Below, in pieces: positions 1 to 10,185 of a stretch of 64,000 nt of DNA (positions within the stretch are counted from its first letter, which is position 1; each line of letters starts with the position of its first letter). The notes under the pieces were generated by a model. The model did not search any database, had not been told where the DNA came from, and worked only from the letters and a program-made list of their open reading frames with translations. Location: contig CM000436.1 of assembly GCA_000165345.1 (NCBI GenBank), forward strand, positions 1,184,001-1,248,000. The letters are read 5' to 3'. The position numbers were made by a program, and so were the translations under genes.

Positions 1-1
1 C

Positions 2-2065
2 AATTGTATAGCCAAGATAGATTCTCCGTGGTCTCCTATACATATACTTTTAACAACGAGTATTGAGAATGAAATAAACTTTGAATTTTTAAATCTTGCA
101 AATACTTCATCAGATCCAAAATTCTGTAACTCTTTATGCACTTTGCCATTTCCAGGTAATGATAATTGGTTACTCAGAAGAGCCTTCCTTCCAGAAGTGG
201 TGGTCCAAAGAGTGGCATTTTGCAAAGAGTATGGTCTTATTGCCATTATTGTTGGAATTCCTGATAATGCAAAGCACCATTTAAATGGGTATCATATTCG
301 TCAAATGGCTTTCTATAGATATCTAAGATGTCTAGAAGCTGGAGGAAAAGAAGCTCAAACTATCTTACTTAACCAAGATCTCATTAGAAACCCCGACAAG
401 TGCTTTGAAAAGTCTTTAGCAAGTATTCCAGATTTAGATATTCCTCCTGCAAATTTCGACTCAGAAACATATTTTGACACTCTTCCTCCTGGGATAGAAA
501 TTGGAGAATCTCTTCCTAAAATATTCTATCAGTCTAATATGATAAACGAAAAAGCCAGAAAATTAGGGTTTTCTAACCAATCTTCCACATGCAGTCATTC
601 CGAGACAGAAAATGGGGCGCCCAACGGTGCATGCAATGGTTTTGAGCGGGAACAATTCGGAATATTAATGGACCCAAATATAATGCGTAACGAGTTATTA
701 ATATATTCATTTGAAGATTTATTTCCACATTTAAGACCATCAGTGCCACTTTCAGGGCAAAGCCTTGATAGTTTTCCGAAGCCAAAAGGAAGATATGCTT
801 TTGGAGCTTGGGAGGTGGGTCTGAGTATGAAGTTTGGACAAGATTCCAAAGGCCAGCAAGTTTTAATTATTGGTACAGGCACAAACCCAACTCATTACTA
901 TGAAGCAGAGGGAAGGCTACTGATGTTTAAAGTAAAGCAATTGGTTTCTGTAAATGAGGAAGATGGGAATATTGTAGGAGGAACAACAGGAAATGGAACA
1001 GAAGTTGAAAGTAAAAGAGAAGTAGTAGTAGGAACAACAGGAGTTCGAGTAAATAATACAAAATGGACAAATATGTTAAAATATTGGCCATCCAGATTTT
1101 CAAAGCAGCTATATCATGATAATGTACAAGAGTTGGATATTTGTTTTCAAAGTATGTATAGGGGTCCTGTAACAAGTGTTGATCTAATTAACCTACCAGC
1201 AACAACAGCTCCAATTGCACCAGCAATACCAGCTTTAGCAGCTTATCCAATAATACAGAATAATTCTATTGTCAGAGCTCCAAATTCTAATGTTACCTAC
1301 ATTGCTCATACATTTGGATATAGACTTTATATACATGAACTAAGAGAAAATAACGAGGGGAACTTTACTAAAGGAACTTTTATGGATACTCCTTTAGGTA
1401 TTAGTTCAGTTTCTAATTATAAAGCTTTATTTTTCTTGGGAGACATAAGAAGAGGAATTCATTTTGGAATGCTTAGAACTGATGCTTCCAGAGGATCTCA
1501 AACAATGGTTAAATTTGCTAGATCTCATCCTCTTTGGAAATTTACATGTACATCTGCTCAAGCTATTGTTCAAGATAAAGATCTTGCAATTCTAGTATCT
1601 GACAACAATAATAATCTATTTACTTTTGAACCTAACTTTAATGCAACGCAAATAATTGACAAGGAAACACTTAAACCAACATCACATACAAGCCTTTCTA
1701 CATCCTTCGTACATATGAGAACTGTGGAATCAGATAATTATCGTTATGTCATTGCTAGTGGAAGAAATGGTTCCTTCTTCTCTATAAAGCTCACAAATAA
1801 ATTACAACACGAACATCTTTCACATGTTGAGAAATTACTCTGTTGCAATATTCCTTCATTTTTAGGAATATCTCCTAATTCCTCTCTGCCTATTAATCCA
1901 AATCTTACCAGCATCCCACAATTCATTCAAAATCTATATCCTACTGATAAAATCATATTTCTTAAACATCTAAATTACCTTAAATACTTATCTGATCCAA
2001 TCTTACAATCCATTTTCAAAAACACAAATATATCACTTTCGCGCATTCACCAATTTATAGTTTGA
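2..2065 (+). CDS. 3' part of a gene truncated by the window edge; C-terminal beta-propeller region resembling the CPSF160/SF3b130/DDB1 (CPSF_A) family
   Basis: Frame 2 is open from nt 2 to the TAG at 2063-2065. The track 'M' at 143 is a TTG, not a real start. Motifs GRLLMFKV, YRGPVTSVDL and LFTFEP resemble the C-terminal propeller of CPSF160-type proteins. Confidence 0.45.
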   Translation, partial: NCIAKIDSPWSPIHILLTTSIENEINFEFLNLANTSSDPKFCNSLCTLPFPGNDNWLLRRAFLPEVVVQRVAFCKEYGLIAIIVGIPDNAKHHLNGYHIRQMAFYRYLRCLEAGGKEAQTILLNQDLIRNPDKCFEKSLASIPDLDIPPANFDSETYFDTLPPGIEIGESLPKIFYQSNMINEKARKLGFSNQSSTCSHSETENGAPNGACNGFEREQFGILMDPNIMRNELLIYSFEDLFPHLRPSVPLSGQSLDSFPKPKGRYAFGAWEVGLSMKFGQDSKGQQVLIIGTGTNPTHYYEAEGRLLMFKVKQLVSVNEEDGNIVGGTTGNGTEVESKREVVVGTTGVRVNNTKWTNMLKYWPSRFSKQLYHDNVQELDICFQSMYRGPVTSVDLINLPATTAPIAPAIPALAAYPIIQNNSIVRAPNSNVTYIAHTFGYRLYIHELRENNEGNFTKGTFMDTPLGISSVSNYKALFFLGDIRRGIHFGMLRTDASRGSQTMVKFARSHPLWKFTCTSAQAIVQDKDLAILVSDNNNNLFTFEPNFNATQIIDKETLKPTSHTSLSTSFVHMRTVESDNYRYVIASGRNGSFFSIKLTNKLQHEHLSHVEKLLCCNIPSFLGISPNSSLPINPNLTSIPQFIQNLYPTDKIIFLKHLNYLKYLSDPILQSIFKNTNISLSRIHQFIV

Positions 2066-2066
2066 C

Positions 2067-2095
2067 TTTCCCGCTCAAAAAATGGGCGGTAAGTG
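2067..2095. promoter_or_regulatory. GC-rich promoter element TTTCCCGCTCAAAAAATGGGCGG (E2F-like GGCGG/CCCGC pair) ~400 bp upstream of the 2486 gene
   Basis: An isolated GC-rich island in an AT-rich spacer. It shares CCCGCTCAAAA with the element at 63925. Confidence 0.5.
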
Positions 2096-2171
2096 GGGTA
2101 ACTGAATAATTTTATAGAATATTTATAATAATAAATATATAAAATAAATAATACATTTAATTATGGACTTG

Positions 2172-2191
2172 TTTTTTTTTTTTTTTTTTTT
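2172..2191. repeat. poly(T) homopolymer (~20 nt)
   Basis: Directly visible. Confidence 0.9.
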
Positions 2192-2485
2192 AATAATTTT
2201 TTTTTTTTAGAATAAATTAATCTTCTTGAATATTGAAGTTCACATTTTCAATTATTATTTATCTCTGACTATGTATATATAGTTTTATTTTGTGTTTAGT
2301 CTTAAAAAATATATATCAAATTAGTCTGGGCTTGATTATATAGATTTAACAGTAATATTTAGATCCTCACAATATGTCATGTTAGCAATATAAAATGAAA
2401 TTTTGATTTGAATGTAATTGAAAATTAGTTGAATAAAATAAAATAAAATTAAAAAAAAAAAATGTATTGTAATTATTTGCAATAA

Positions 2486-5400
2486 ATGATAATTCCATTA
2501 GTAAATAACGTAAGAACATATGATGGTTTTGTTAATGGTGAAATAATTGGATCAAAAATAAGTCCATGCGAAAATTACTTGGCAATAATTACAAAAGATT
2601 CTCTTCAAATAGTTAGTAATCGTCATAATCGAATACTAATTTCCAGATTTATATTAAACAACAATAATAAAGAAAAAATTGATGAAACTTTTAGTGGAAA
2701 TTTAGAATGGAGTAATAATAGTAAATTGTTAATCTTAGGATCTTCAAGTTATCAACATGTCTTTGTTTTCCGTCTTCATCTGCATTCTCCTCTTGAAATT
2801 TCAAATGAAAATGGATATTTGAGTGAATCAGAATCTAATTTTGAAGATTCTAGTAATGAAAGTAATGAATTTGATGATAATGATGTTGATGATAATAATA
2901 ATAATAAGGATAATAATGAAAATAAATATCAAACAAATAAACAGGAAAACTTTTTTATTATAAGTGATTCTGTTTCAAAAGTTAATAATAATGAAAGATT
3001 TGTTTTTATTACTGAAGAGCTTGAAAATGGATTAATTAATATTCCAAGTGTTAATGTTCCTGATGAAATCTTTGATAGCTTTCAAGAAGATCTGTTATCT
3101 TTTCAGTTAATTAGTGAATATGGAACTTTGACAGAAAAAAATGAAAAGTCAAATATAGAAACTGAAATTGAATTCTCAACATCTTATGCAAAATTGGATT
3201 TAATTGGAATGATTAATGTATTTTATAAATTTGATTCCTTTCTTCTTATTTTTGACCAAAATATTAATGAATATGTTTTATTATTTTCTTTAAATGAATT
3301 TCCAATACTAATTTTAATAACAATTTCCAACTCAAGCTTCAAAATAAGAAGAAATATATTCTTAACAGATTTAATTTCTTTAAAAGGTATTGGAGATGAA
3401 TTTAAAAACAATTTTCAAACTTGTTCATTTTCTTCATTAGATCCTATTTATAACTTTGATTTAAATAAAAGAAACTTTTTTAGTGGATATTTGGATTTAT
3501 CCATTATAAATAAAGAAATTAAATTGGAAAATTTGGAAAGATTAAAAATATCCTCTCAAATTCAAGAAAATATTAAAGAATTATCAACTTCAGCCAATTC
3601 TTATTACCAAAATGGTTTAAGTTTAATGGAAACTTTAATTAATAATAGTAATAAAGATTTTGATTTTAGTTTGCAAAATAAACCAAATTTCTTAGGATTT
3701 GGAATTAGAAATTTGGAATATAATGAAATTCATGATTGGTTAACATTAATAGTTAAACCAATCAATTCTCTTTTATTATTTTCTTGGAATTCACCATTAA
3801 CTTTAAATGGAAATCATAAAGATTATGATCAAAGTAAAAATATTCAAAGATCTCCATTTGGATTTATTATTAAGCCAAGTGGTATTTTGAGATCAAAAAT
3901 TCTCAATCGATATCGTAGAATTGTTACAATTTGTGACGAATCATTTGAACTTACAGAAGAAATTGGAATTGAATTTGAATTATGTAATGATTATATTGAT
4001 AATGAATCCACTTATAATTTTGATGATAATAATAATAAATCAATTAATGATTCAGAAATTAACATTTCTAACTCATTTAACCAAAAAGAATTGTTTATTA
4101 GAATTCTTTCATTTGAAGAGATGATATTTATTCAGCCAGAAAATAATCATAAAACTGCTGAAAATAATATAATTTTTGATAAACCCAAAATTAATTGTAT
4201 ATTTAGTTTAAAACTTTCAGAAATGATCTCCAATATGAGCTTATTCTCCAAAGTCCCATATATGAGTGTAACCAATAGTGATATGTATATTACTATAACT
4301 TTGGAAGAATATGGAATATTTATAATTGATAGTCTTTCTGGTAAAATTTACTTTAAAATTAATAAAGATATATCCAAAATTCAGAATTCCATTATATTTA
4401 AACATGCTATTATTATTTCAAATGATTTTTCAATGTTGTACCAAGTAAAGATTAAAACAAATGATAATGATCAAGAAAGATTATATTTGATAGAACTTCC
4501 AATTTATAAATTAGTGGAAACAAGATCATCTTTTTGTAGGCTTTCAAATAATGATCAAAGTCTTCCTTCATGTGAAAATTTGGTTTTTCTTGGAATAGAA
4601 AGCATTGGAATATTACAATGTAATTACAGAAATTTTCAATTAGATTTTGATTTAGAATCCAATAACTTTAATGATTTGAAGGAAAGTAATAAAATTGAAA
4701 AAGATTCCATTAAAGAATTAAGTTTCAAAAATGAACATTTTAGTTACAATTATGATAATAATATTAAAAATAACCAAAGAATTACCCCAGATTCTAGTGG
4801 AATAATATCATCTTGTGTTGAATTCCAAACAGATTTAGTTTTGAAAAGTATACCAATTCCTCCTTCCATATATATTAATCATAACTGGCCAATTAATATG
4901 GCATATGTTAACAAAAGTGGAAATTATATACTAGTAAGTGGTTATAGGGGATGTGCAATTTATGATTTAATTAACTCAAGATGGAGATTATTTTGTGATT
5001 TAAATCATGAACTTCTTTTATGTAAACCAAATTTACCATTTGGATGGATTAATGAATGGGTTTTCTTCTTATCAGTGGATTCCTCTTTGCTTTTAAATAC
5101 TTTTCATGATTTAATTACAAGTAATGATGATTTATGGGAAATATCAGCATTTGAGAAGAATAAATTATATGAAACTTATATCCGATCTTTAAATAGAAAA
5201 TTGAAATCCAGAAATATTCAAAATCAAATAAATAAAAATGACGAAAGTTGTATTGTATTTTTCGATATCCGAAATTCTCTTGATATAAGAAATATTATTG
5301 GAATAATTCCGTTTTGCTCTTCTAATCCATTATTAGTGGTTAATAGTATATCTAAACCAGAAGATGATCTTTTTATTTTGTATACTGATGATTTTGTTCT

Positions 5401-7810
5401 TACAGCTTACGAAGATGAAAATTTATCAAATTCTTCACGTATACCTTCAGAAGTTAAATGGCTTGTTGATCTTTCAGAAATTTGGAATGAGCATCCTGTA
5501 GAAATTTTATTAATCAATATATGTATTGAATTCTGTATATTTCTTATATTACAAAAAGATTGGAAATTATATAAATTAACAGTATATTACCAACCAAGTG
5601 AAAATATATTAAATAAAAAATGTGAATTTAAACTTGAACCAATTAACAAATCATGTATTGAATTTGATGAGAATTTGTTTTATTATAATAATTCAAATAT
5701 CATAAAATTTGGATATATGGAATTTTGTTCAAATAATAAAGGGATTAAAAAATCCTTTGAATCTTTAGAAATTACTTCTTCCTTAAATAAAGCTCAGTCA
5801 AAATGCAGAATGAATCCAAATATCTCAAATTTTGATAATATTTTGAAAGATGCATTAAATTTACTTGAAAATGAATATAATAAATCAGCTGAAAATGATA
5901 TATTTGAATTTTTAAAAAACGATGATCTCAGAAAGTTTATAAATAATTGTTTGAATCAAAATATAAATATAATTTCAGATAAGCTTCCATTATACTGGGA
6001 AAATATTGAAGAATTAGTCATTTCTGGTATTATTTGGTACTTAACAGAATCTCAAGAAATATTTTTGCTTCCATTAATTGATGAAATGAGTTATAAAGAA
6101 AACCAAAAGTGCTTACAACTTAATCCAATACTTGTACAATCATTTCAAACAAAAATTAATCATACTCAAATTGTGAATTTTTTTCCTGGTCTTGCTTCAT
6201 TTTTACTTTTGGAAACATATCCAAACAAAAAAAGAATTAATAATGAATTTAATTCTGAATCAAATATTAGTAAAAGCCTTAGTTCTTTAGTTAATGAGTC
6301 GAGAATTATATTAACAATATGTCAAAGCTTATCTCCAGTTTTACAAGATTTGATTAACATTCCAAATAAATTTTTGAGATCCAAGATTATAAGAGAATTT
6401 TTATTTCCAATCACGAGTTATATTAAATTTTACCCTTTAGAGAATATACTTAAAATTCTGATAAATATTTTTGAAAATATGATTTTCTCCACTTTAAAAG
6501 ATTCATGTAAAGAGTATAAAAAAATTTTGAATGAGATGATTGAGAAAATGGTATCATTTTCCAAGCAAAATGATCTTATAAATAAAAATGTTACTGATGA
6601 ACTTATTAATAATTATTTGAAAGAAATCTTTTATATTGTTGGACCAAATATGAATATATGCAACGAAAGTTGTTGTGACCATAACAAAGATTCTAGTATC
6701 ATTGAGTTAATTCAATCAAAAATTATAAAATCTTCACCGAAAATACAAGAAATGATACAATTAATGGAAATAATTGAAGAATCTCTCGATATAGTACATA
6801 TAAATATATCTTCAATGGAATCATTATCTCAAATTGGAAGTAATAGTACAGAATCAAATATATTTACTTTTCTTGTTATTTCAATAATCAGAAAGATTGA
6901 TCCAGTAATTGTTCCATGTATAATTTTTCCAATAATTGGTCGAAATCCAAATAATCTTTTTCAAGAATGCATTAGGAATAAAAATTTTTCAAATGCAATG
7001 CTTTACCTAACAGTTTTACAATCTTTTCTTGGACCATATTATGTTAGATATGAACATTCTCTTTTATTACTACATAATATTTTATCAAATACAAATATTA
7101 CCAATTATTATCAACTTTTTTCTATGGCAAGTCAAACCATTAAATTCATCTTTATTATTTTCAAACCAAATAATTTATCTATAAATACGCCATTATCTAA
7201 AATTACTGAGCCAGTTTCAATTGTTGGAATAAATAATTGCAATAATTTAGAATTGGATTGTCTTGTTTTTTTAAATAAAATAGATAGTATACTTGAATTC
7301 CATTTTTTATCTAAACTTATACAAATTGAATGGTTGTATATAATTATTATGTGCAAAAGTTTGGGAATGAACTTTAATTCTTGGTTCACACATTGTTTGC
7401 AAAAATACTTTCCATTATGGTTTAGTGACGAGGATTTGGATTCTTTTTCTTATTTAAAATCTACTAACTTTGTTAATTTGGTTATCTCAGTCCAACATAA
7501 ATTTAACCTTTTTAATATAGAAGAAAATTCTATTTGTCTTTTTGATGAAACATTCCAACAAAATTCATCATCCAAAGTATTGAATAATATTAACCATAAT
7601 TTTCTTTCAAATATTCACAAAAATAATTCAGAAATTTTTTCTCAACATTTTTCTATACAAAAGAACTTTATTGTTATTCAAGTAATTAAACAATTTTTTA
7701 AAGCATTTTTATCCAATTCTTTCCCTTTACCGGCATTAGCTATTGCATATGCATGCAATGACGTGTATTCTGTCCACAAAGTTCTGCATGACTTTCCAAA
7801 TATTAAATAA
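2486..7810 (+). CDS. very large (1774 aa) Asn/Ile/Lys-rich protein, possibly a RIC1-like (Rab6 GEF subunit) WD-type protein
   Basis: Uninterrupted ORF with a real ATG at 2486. The segment MAYVNKSGNYILVSGYRGCAIYDLINSRWRLFCDLNHE aligns by eye with the RIC1 block VAVNSKTGAVAVAGRRGLAHYSLFTRKWKLF. The rest is low complexity. Confidence 0.5.
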   Translation: MIIPLVNNVRTYDGFVNGEIIGSKISPCENYLAIITKDSLQIVSNRHNRILISRFILNNNNKEKIDETFSGNLEWSNNSKLLILGSSSYQHVFVFRLHLHSPLEISNENGYLSESESNFEDSSNESNEFDDNDVDDNNNNKDNNENKYQTNKQENFFIISDSVSKVNNNERFVFITEELENGLINIPSVNVPDEIFDSFQEDLLSFQLISEYGTLTEKNEKSNIETEIEFSTSYAKLDLIGMINVFYKFDSFLLIFDQNINEYVLLFSLNEFPILILITISNSSFKIRRNIFLTDLISLKGIGDEFKNNFQTCSFSSLDPIYNFDLNKRNFFSGYLDLSIINKEIKLENLERLKISSQIQENIKELSTSANSYYQNGLSLMETLINNSNKDFDFSLQNKPNFLGFGIRNLEYNEIHDWLTLIVKPINSLLLFSWNSPLTLNGNHKDYDQSKNIQRSPFGFIIKPSGILRSKILNRYRRIVTICDESFELTEEIGIEFELCNDYIDNESTYNFDDNNNKSINDSEINISNSFNQKELFIRILSFEEMIFIQPENNHKTAENNIIFDKPKINCIFSLKLSEMISNMSLFSKVPYMSVTNSDMYITITLEEYGIFIIDSLSGKIYFKINKDISKIQNSIIFKHAIIISNDFSMLYQVKIKTNDNDQERLYLIELPIYKLVETRSSFCRLSNNDQSLPSCENLVFLGIESIGILQCNYRNFQLDFDLESNNFNDLKESNKIEKDSIKELSFKNEHFSYNYDNNIKNNQRITPDSSGIISSCVEFQTDLVLKSIPIPPSIYINHNWPINMAYVNKSGNYILVSGYRGCAIYDLINSRWRLFCDLNHELLLCKPNLPFGWINEWVFFLSVDSSLLLNTFHDLITSNDDLWEISAFEKNKLYETYIRSLNRKLKSRNIQNQINKNDESCIVFFDIRNSLDIRNIIGIIPFCSSNPLLVVNSISKPEDDLFILYTDDFVLTAYEDENLSNSSRIPSEVKWLVDLSEIWNEHPVEILLINICIEFCIFLILQKDWKLYKLTVYYQPSENILNKKCEFKLEPINKSCIEFDENLFYYNNSNIIKFGYMEFCSNNKGIKKSFESLEITSSLNKAQSKCRMNPNISNFDNILKDALNLLENEYNKSAENDIFEFLKNDDLRKFINNCLNQNINIISDKLPLYWENIEELVISGIIWYLTESQEIFLLPLIDEMSYKENQKCLQLNPILVQSFQTKINHTQIVNFFPGLASFLLLETYPNKKRINNEFNSESNISKSLSSLVNESRIILTICQSLSPVLQDLINIPNKFLRSKIIREFLFPITSYIKFYPLENILKILINIFENMIFSTLKDSCKEYKKILNEMIEKMVSFSKQNDLINKNVTDELINNYLKEIFYIVGPNMNICNESCCDHNKDSSIIELIQSKIIKSSPKIQEMIQLMEIIEESLDIVHINISSMESLSQIGSNSTESNIFTFLVISIIRKIDPVIVPCIIFPIIGRNPNNLFQECIRNKNFSNAMLYLTVLQSFLGPYYVRYEHSLLLLHNILSNTNITNYYQLFSMASQTIKFIFIIFKPNNLSINTPLSKITEPVSIVGINNCNNLELDCLVFLNKIDSILEFHFLSKLIQIEWLYIIIMCKSLGMNFNSWFTHCLQKYFPLWFSDEDLDSFSYLKSTNFVNLVISVQHKFNLFNIEENSICLFDETFQQNSSSKVLNNINHNFLSNIHKNNSEIFSQHFSIQKNFIVIQVIKQFFKAFLSNSFPLPALAIAYACNDVYSVHKVLHDFPNIK

Positions 7811-8230
7811 AATTTGCATGCAATTACATAGTTTCAAATACGTTTATATATTTTATTTAATTTTTTTTTTCAGTATGAAATTACTTTTAATATTTATAAA
7901 AAAAAATAAATTTGTTTGAAAGGAGAAGTTTATTATATTTACATTTTTCTCTTTTCACAACCCCATATTTTTTTTTATTTTATTTGAATAGACAATAAGT
8001 TTTATTTATTTTCAGTTAATAAATTAATATTACTAAATATTTTTATCTTTACTGTTTTAATCTATTCCATTCTTTTTCTCTAAATATAAAATAAAATTTC
8101 TTTTATTATCAGTATCTTTCTTTTTATTTGCTTTATTGTTTAATATTTGCTCACACAATTCTTCTGCTAGTAGAATGCATTTGAAAAAAAAAAAAAATCA
8201 TTCATGACATTTTGTTATTAAAAATTTTAT

Positions 8231-8250
8231 CGGCCGCCTGACTTTGGCGG
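8231..8250. promoter_or_regulatory. GGCCGCCTGACTTTGGCGGG E2F-like inverted pair upstream of the 8460 gene
   Basis: GGCCGCC...GGCGGG, ~210 bp upstream of the ATG. Confidence 0.5.
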
Positions 8251-8459
8251 GTATGTTTGTAATTATAATTTAATTTGAGGGAATATAAATATTAATATAA
8301 TTGGATAAATAATAAAATTTATTATTGTATAAGGACCAAAAAATAAAGTAAAGTATAAATAGGTTATAAAATCTTAAAGGTGGTCTTTGAGCACTGGTAT
8401 TACAATATAGTCTATTGATATAATTAGTGAAAAGAAAAAGTAATTCATTTGGTTAAAAT

Positions 8460-8726
8460 ATGGAAAATAGTTACAAGATGGGAGTTAAAAATATTGTATT
8501 GTTATTTGCCACATTTCTATTAAGTGTTTTAGCAGAAGATCAAAAGGATGGAGAAATTTTAGCAGTAACTCCAAGAGATTTAAATTTGACTCCTTTTAAT
8601 TTATCAGCTTTAATTTTAGTTTCTTTTTTTACTATGTTGATTATTTTTATTGTTGGATTAACTATTGATACTGATACTCCAACTAGATTTGAAGAGAAGA
8701 TGCCACCTATTATGAAGGAATATTAA
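8460..8726 (+). CDS. small type-I membrane protein (signal peptide, one TM, short acidic tail)
   Basis: ATG at 8460. Hydrophobic N-terminus MGVKNIVLLFATFLLSVLA, a second hydrophobic span LILVSFFTMLIIFIVGL, then DTDTPTRFEEKMPPIMKEY. No homolog recognised. Confidence 0.4.
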   Translation: MENSYKMGVKNIVLLFATFLLSVLAEDQKDGEILAVTPRDLNLTPFNLSALILVSFFTMLIIFIVGLTIDTDTPTRFEEKMPPIMKEY

Positions 8727-9222
8727 GATATTATTTAACTTGGTTATATAAGAAAAAAATAATAAGTATAATTCAGCTCAATAATTTATTTTAATATTAC
8801 TTCAAGTAATATTATCATTTCTAAAATCAAAATCATTATAAATACTATAATTATTCTTTTTAGCAAATATTATTTTTGTTTTCTTTAAAAATTACATAAT
8901 AATTTTTTCTAAGATTTTTATTTAATAAAGAAATTCTTTATTTCTTTACTTAATATTAATACTCAATAATTTTAGCACTATTAATACATATTTTTCTTCA
9001 AAAAAAGTTTTTTTATTTTAGAATTTTCCTTTTTGCTTTTATTTATTAAGAAAAAGTTAATAATTTACTTCAAATTTAAAGAACAATAATGAAATGAAGG
9101 AATATTAAAAGAAAAAAAAAAAAGTCAATTGAATCAATATAAAAAGTTACAACTAATAATAAAAATGTTAACAATCATTAGTGATTGCTAAATATTAAAT
9201 AAAAATCATCAAAATAAAACAT

Positions 9223-9768
9223 TTATTTTGAAGGGAAGTCAGCAAGCGAAAGTTGATAAAAACCAACAATCATTCCAAATAAACCCAAAGCACCGGCAAA
9301 AATTTCAACAACCAACATCTTAGAAAATAATTCTCCTCTTTGAGCATCAGCAAGAGCTGTTGAACTACCAGTAATTCCAACACTAATACCAGAAAATAAA
9401 TTTGATAAACCAATTGTTAGTCCAGAACAGAGCAAAATCCATGAAGATTTGACTATCTGTACCTCCCAAGCATCCTTTGGTTGACCAGAAATTATATCAA
9501 TATCCGGAAGTGATCTTATTTTAGACATTAATAAAAATGTTGCAATTACACCATAAATTGCAGTAGCTTCACAAAAAATTACTGAAATCAAATTCTTTGA
9601 ACGAATTCTTGGAGATCTAAGAGCTGCTCCAACTAAAGAATTACCAGTTGTGAAAATACCCCAGCCTGCTCCAAATGTTGAAAGAACTATGCATAATACT
9701 ACTCCAAGATATGCAAAATGTAATGGAGGAATTGATAAGAAAATCTCTGAATATGTTTGATATGCCAT
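9223..9768 (-). CDS. VMA16: V-type H+-ATPase V0 proteolipid subunit c'' (ATP6V0B/VMA16 family)
   Basis: GAGWGIFTTGNSLVGAALRSPRIRSKNLISVIFCEATAIYGVIA and GLTIGLSNLFSGISVGITGSSTALADAQRGELFSKMLVVEIFAGALGLFGMIVG align almost residue for residue with human ATP6V0B. The proton-binding Glu is present in FCEA. The protein starts at the helix matching human TM2, so it is either a 4-TM form or an upstream exon is missing. Confidence 0.85.
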   Translation of the reverse strand: MAYQTYSEIFLSIPPLHFAYLGVVLCIVLSTFGAGWGIFTTGNSLVGAALRSPRIRSKNLISVIFCEATAIYGVIATFLLMSKIRSLPDIDIISGQPKDAWEVQIVKSSWILLCSGLTIGLSNLFSGISVGITGSSTALADAQRGELFSKMLVVEIFAGALGLFGMIVGFYQLSLADFPSK

Positions 9769-10161
9769 CTTATCTCTTAAAATTTACCACTATAATATAA
9801 TACAATATAATATATATTTTTATATTTATTTATAAAAAAAAATAAGATAATGTTTTGATTAGTTTCACAATCTTGTCTATTAATTACTATTATTTTCAAT
9901 ATAAATTTTTAATCTTGAAGTATAATCAAGATATTCGTGGTCCTTGAAAATTAATATGGAAAGCTAATCAATTCTGCTTATTAATTTACTTAATCTCCTC
10001 TTAATTTAATTGAGAAACTTTAAGTTAAATTATTTTCTTTTTTTTTTTCCTTTTTGCTCCCAATCTTATTTTAATTAATTCAGTAATGGCTTCACTAATA
10101 TTTATTTAGTTTATCCATTACATTAATTTATTCCTATATTATAATCAATGCAAACACAAAG

Positions 10162-10185
10162 TTCCCGCCTGATTTTCCCGCCATT
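10162..10185. promoter_or_regulatory. tandem CCCGCC boxes (TTCCCGCCTGATTTTCCCGCC) upstream of the V-ATPase c'' gene (minus strand)
   Basis: Two copies 13 nt apart, ~400 bp 5' of the ATG at 9768. Confidence 0.5.

Noticed and set aside
2080-2096. AAAATGGGCG|GTAAGTGGGG looking like a 7-nt first exon + donor for the 2486 gene
   Set aside because: No acceptor that would keep the frame before 2486. The GTAAGT is more simply part of the GC-box element (compare CCGGTAAAATG at 63955).
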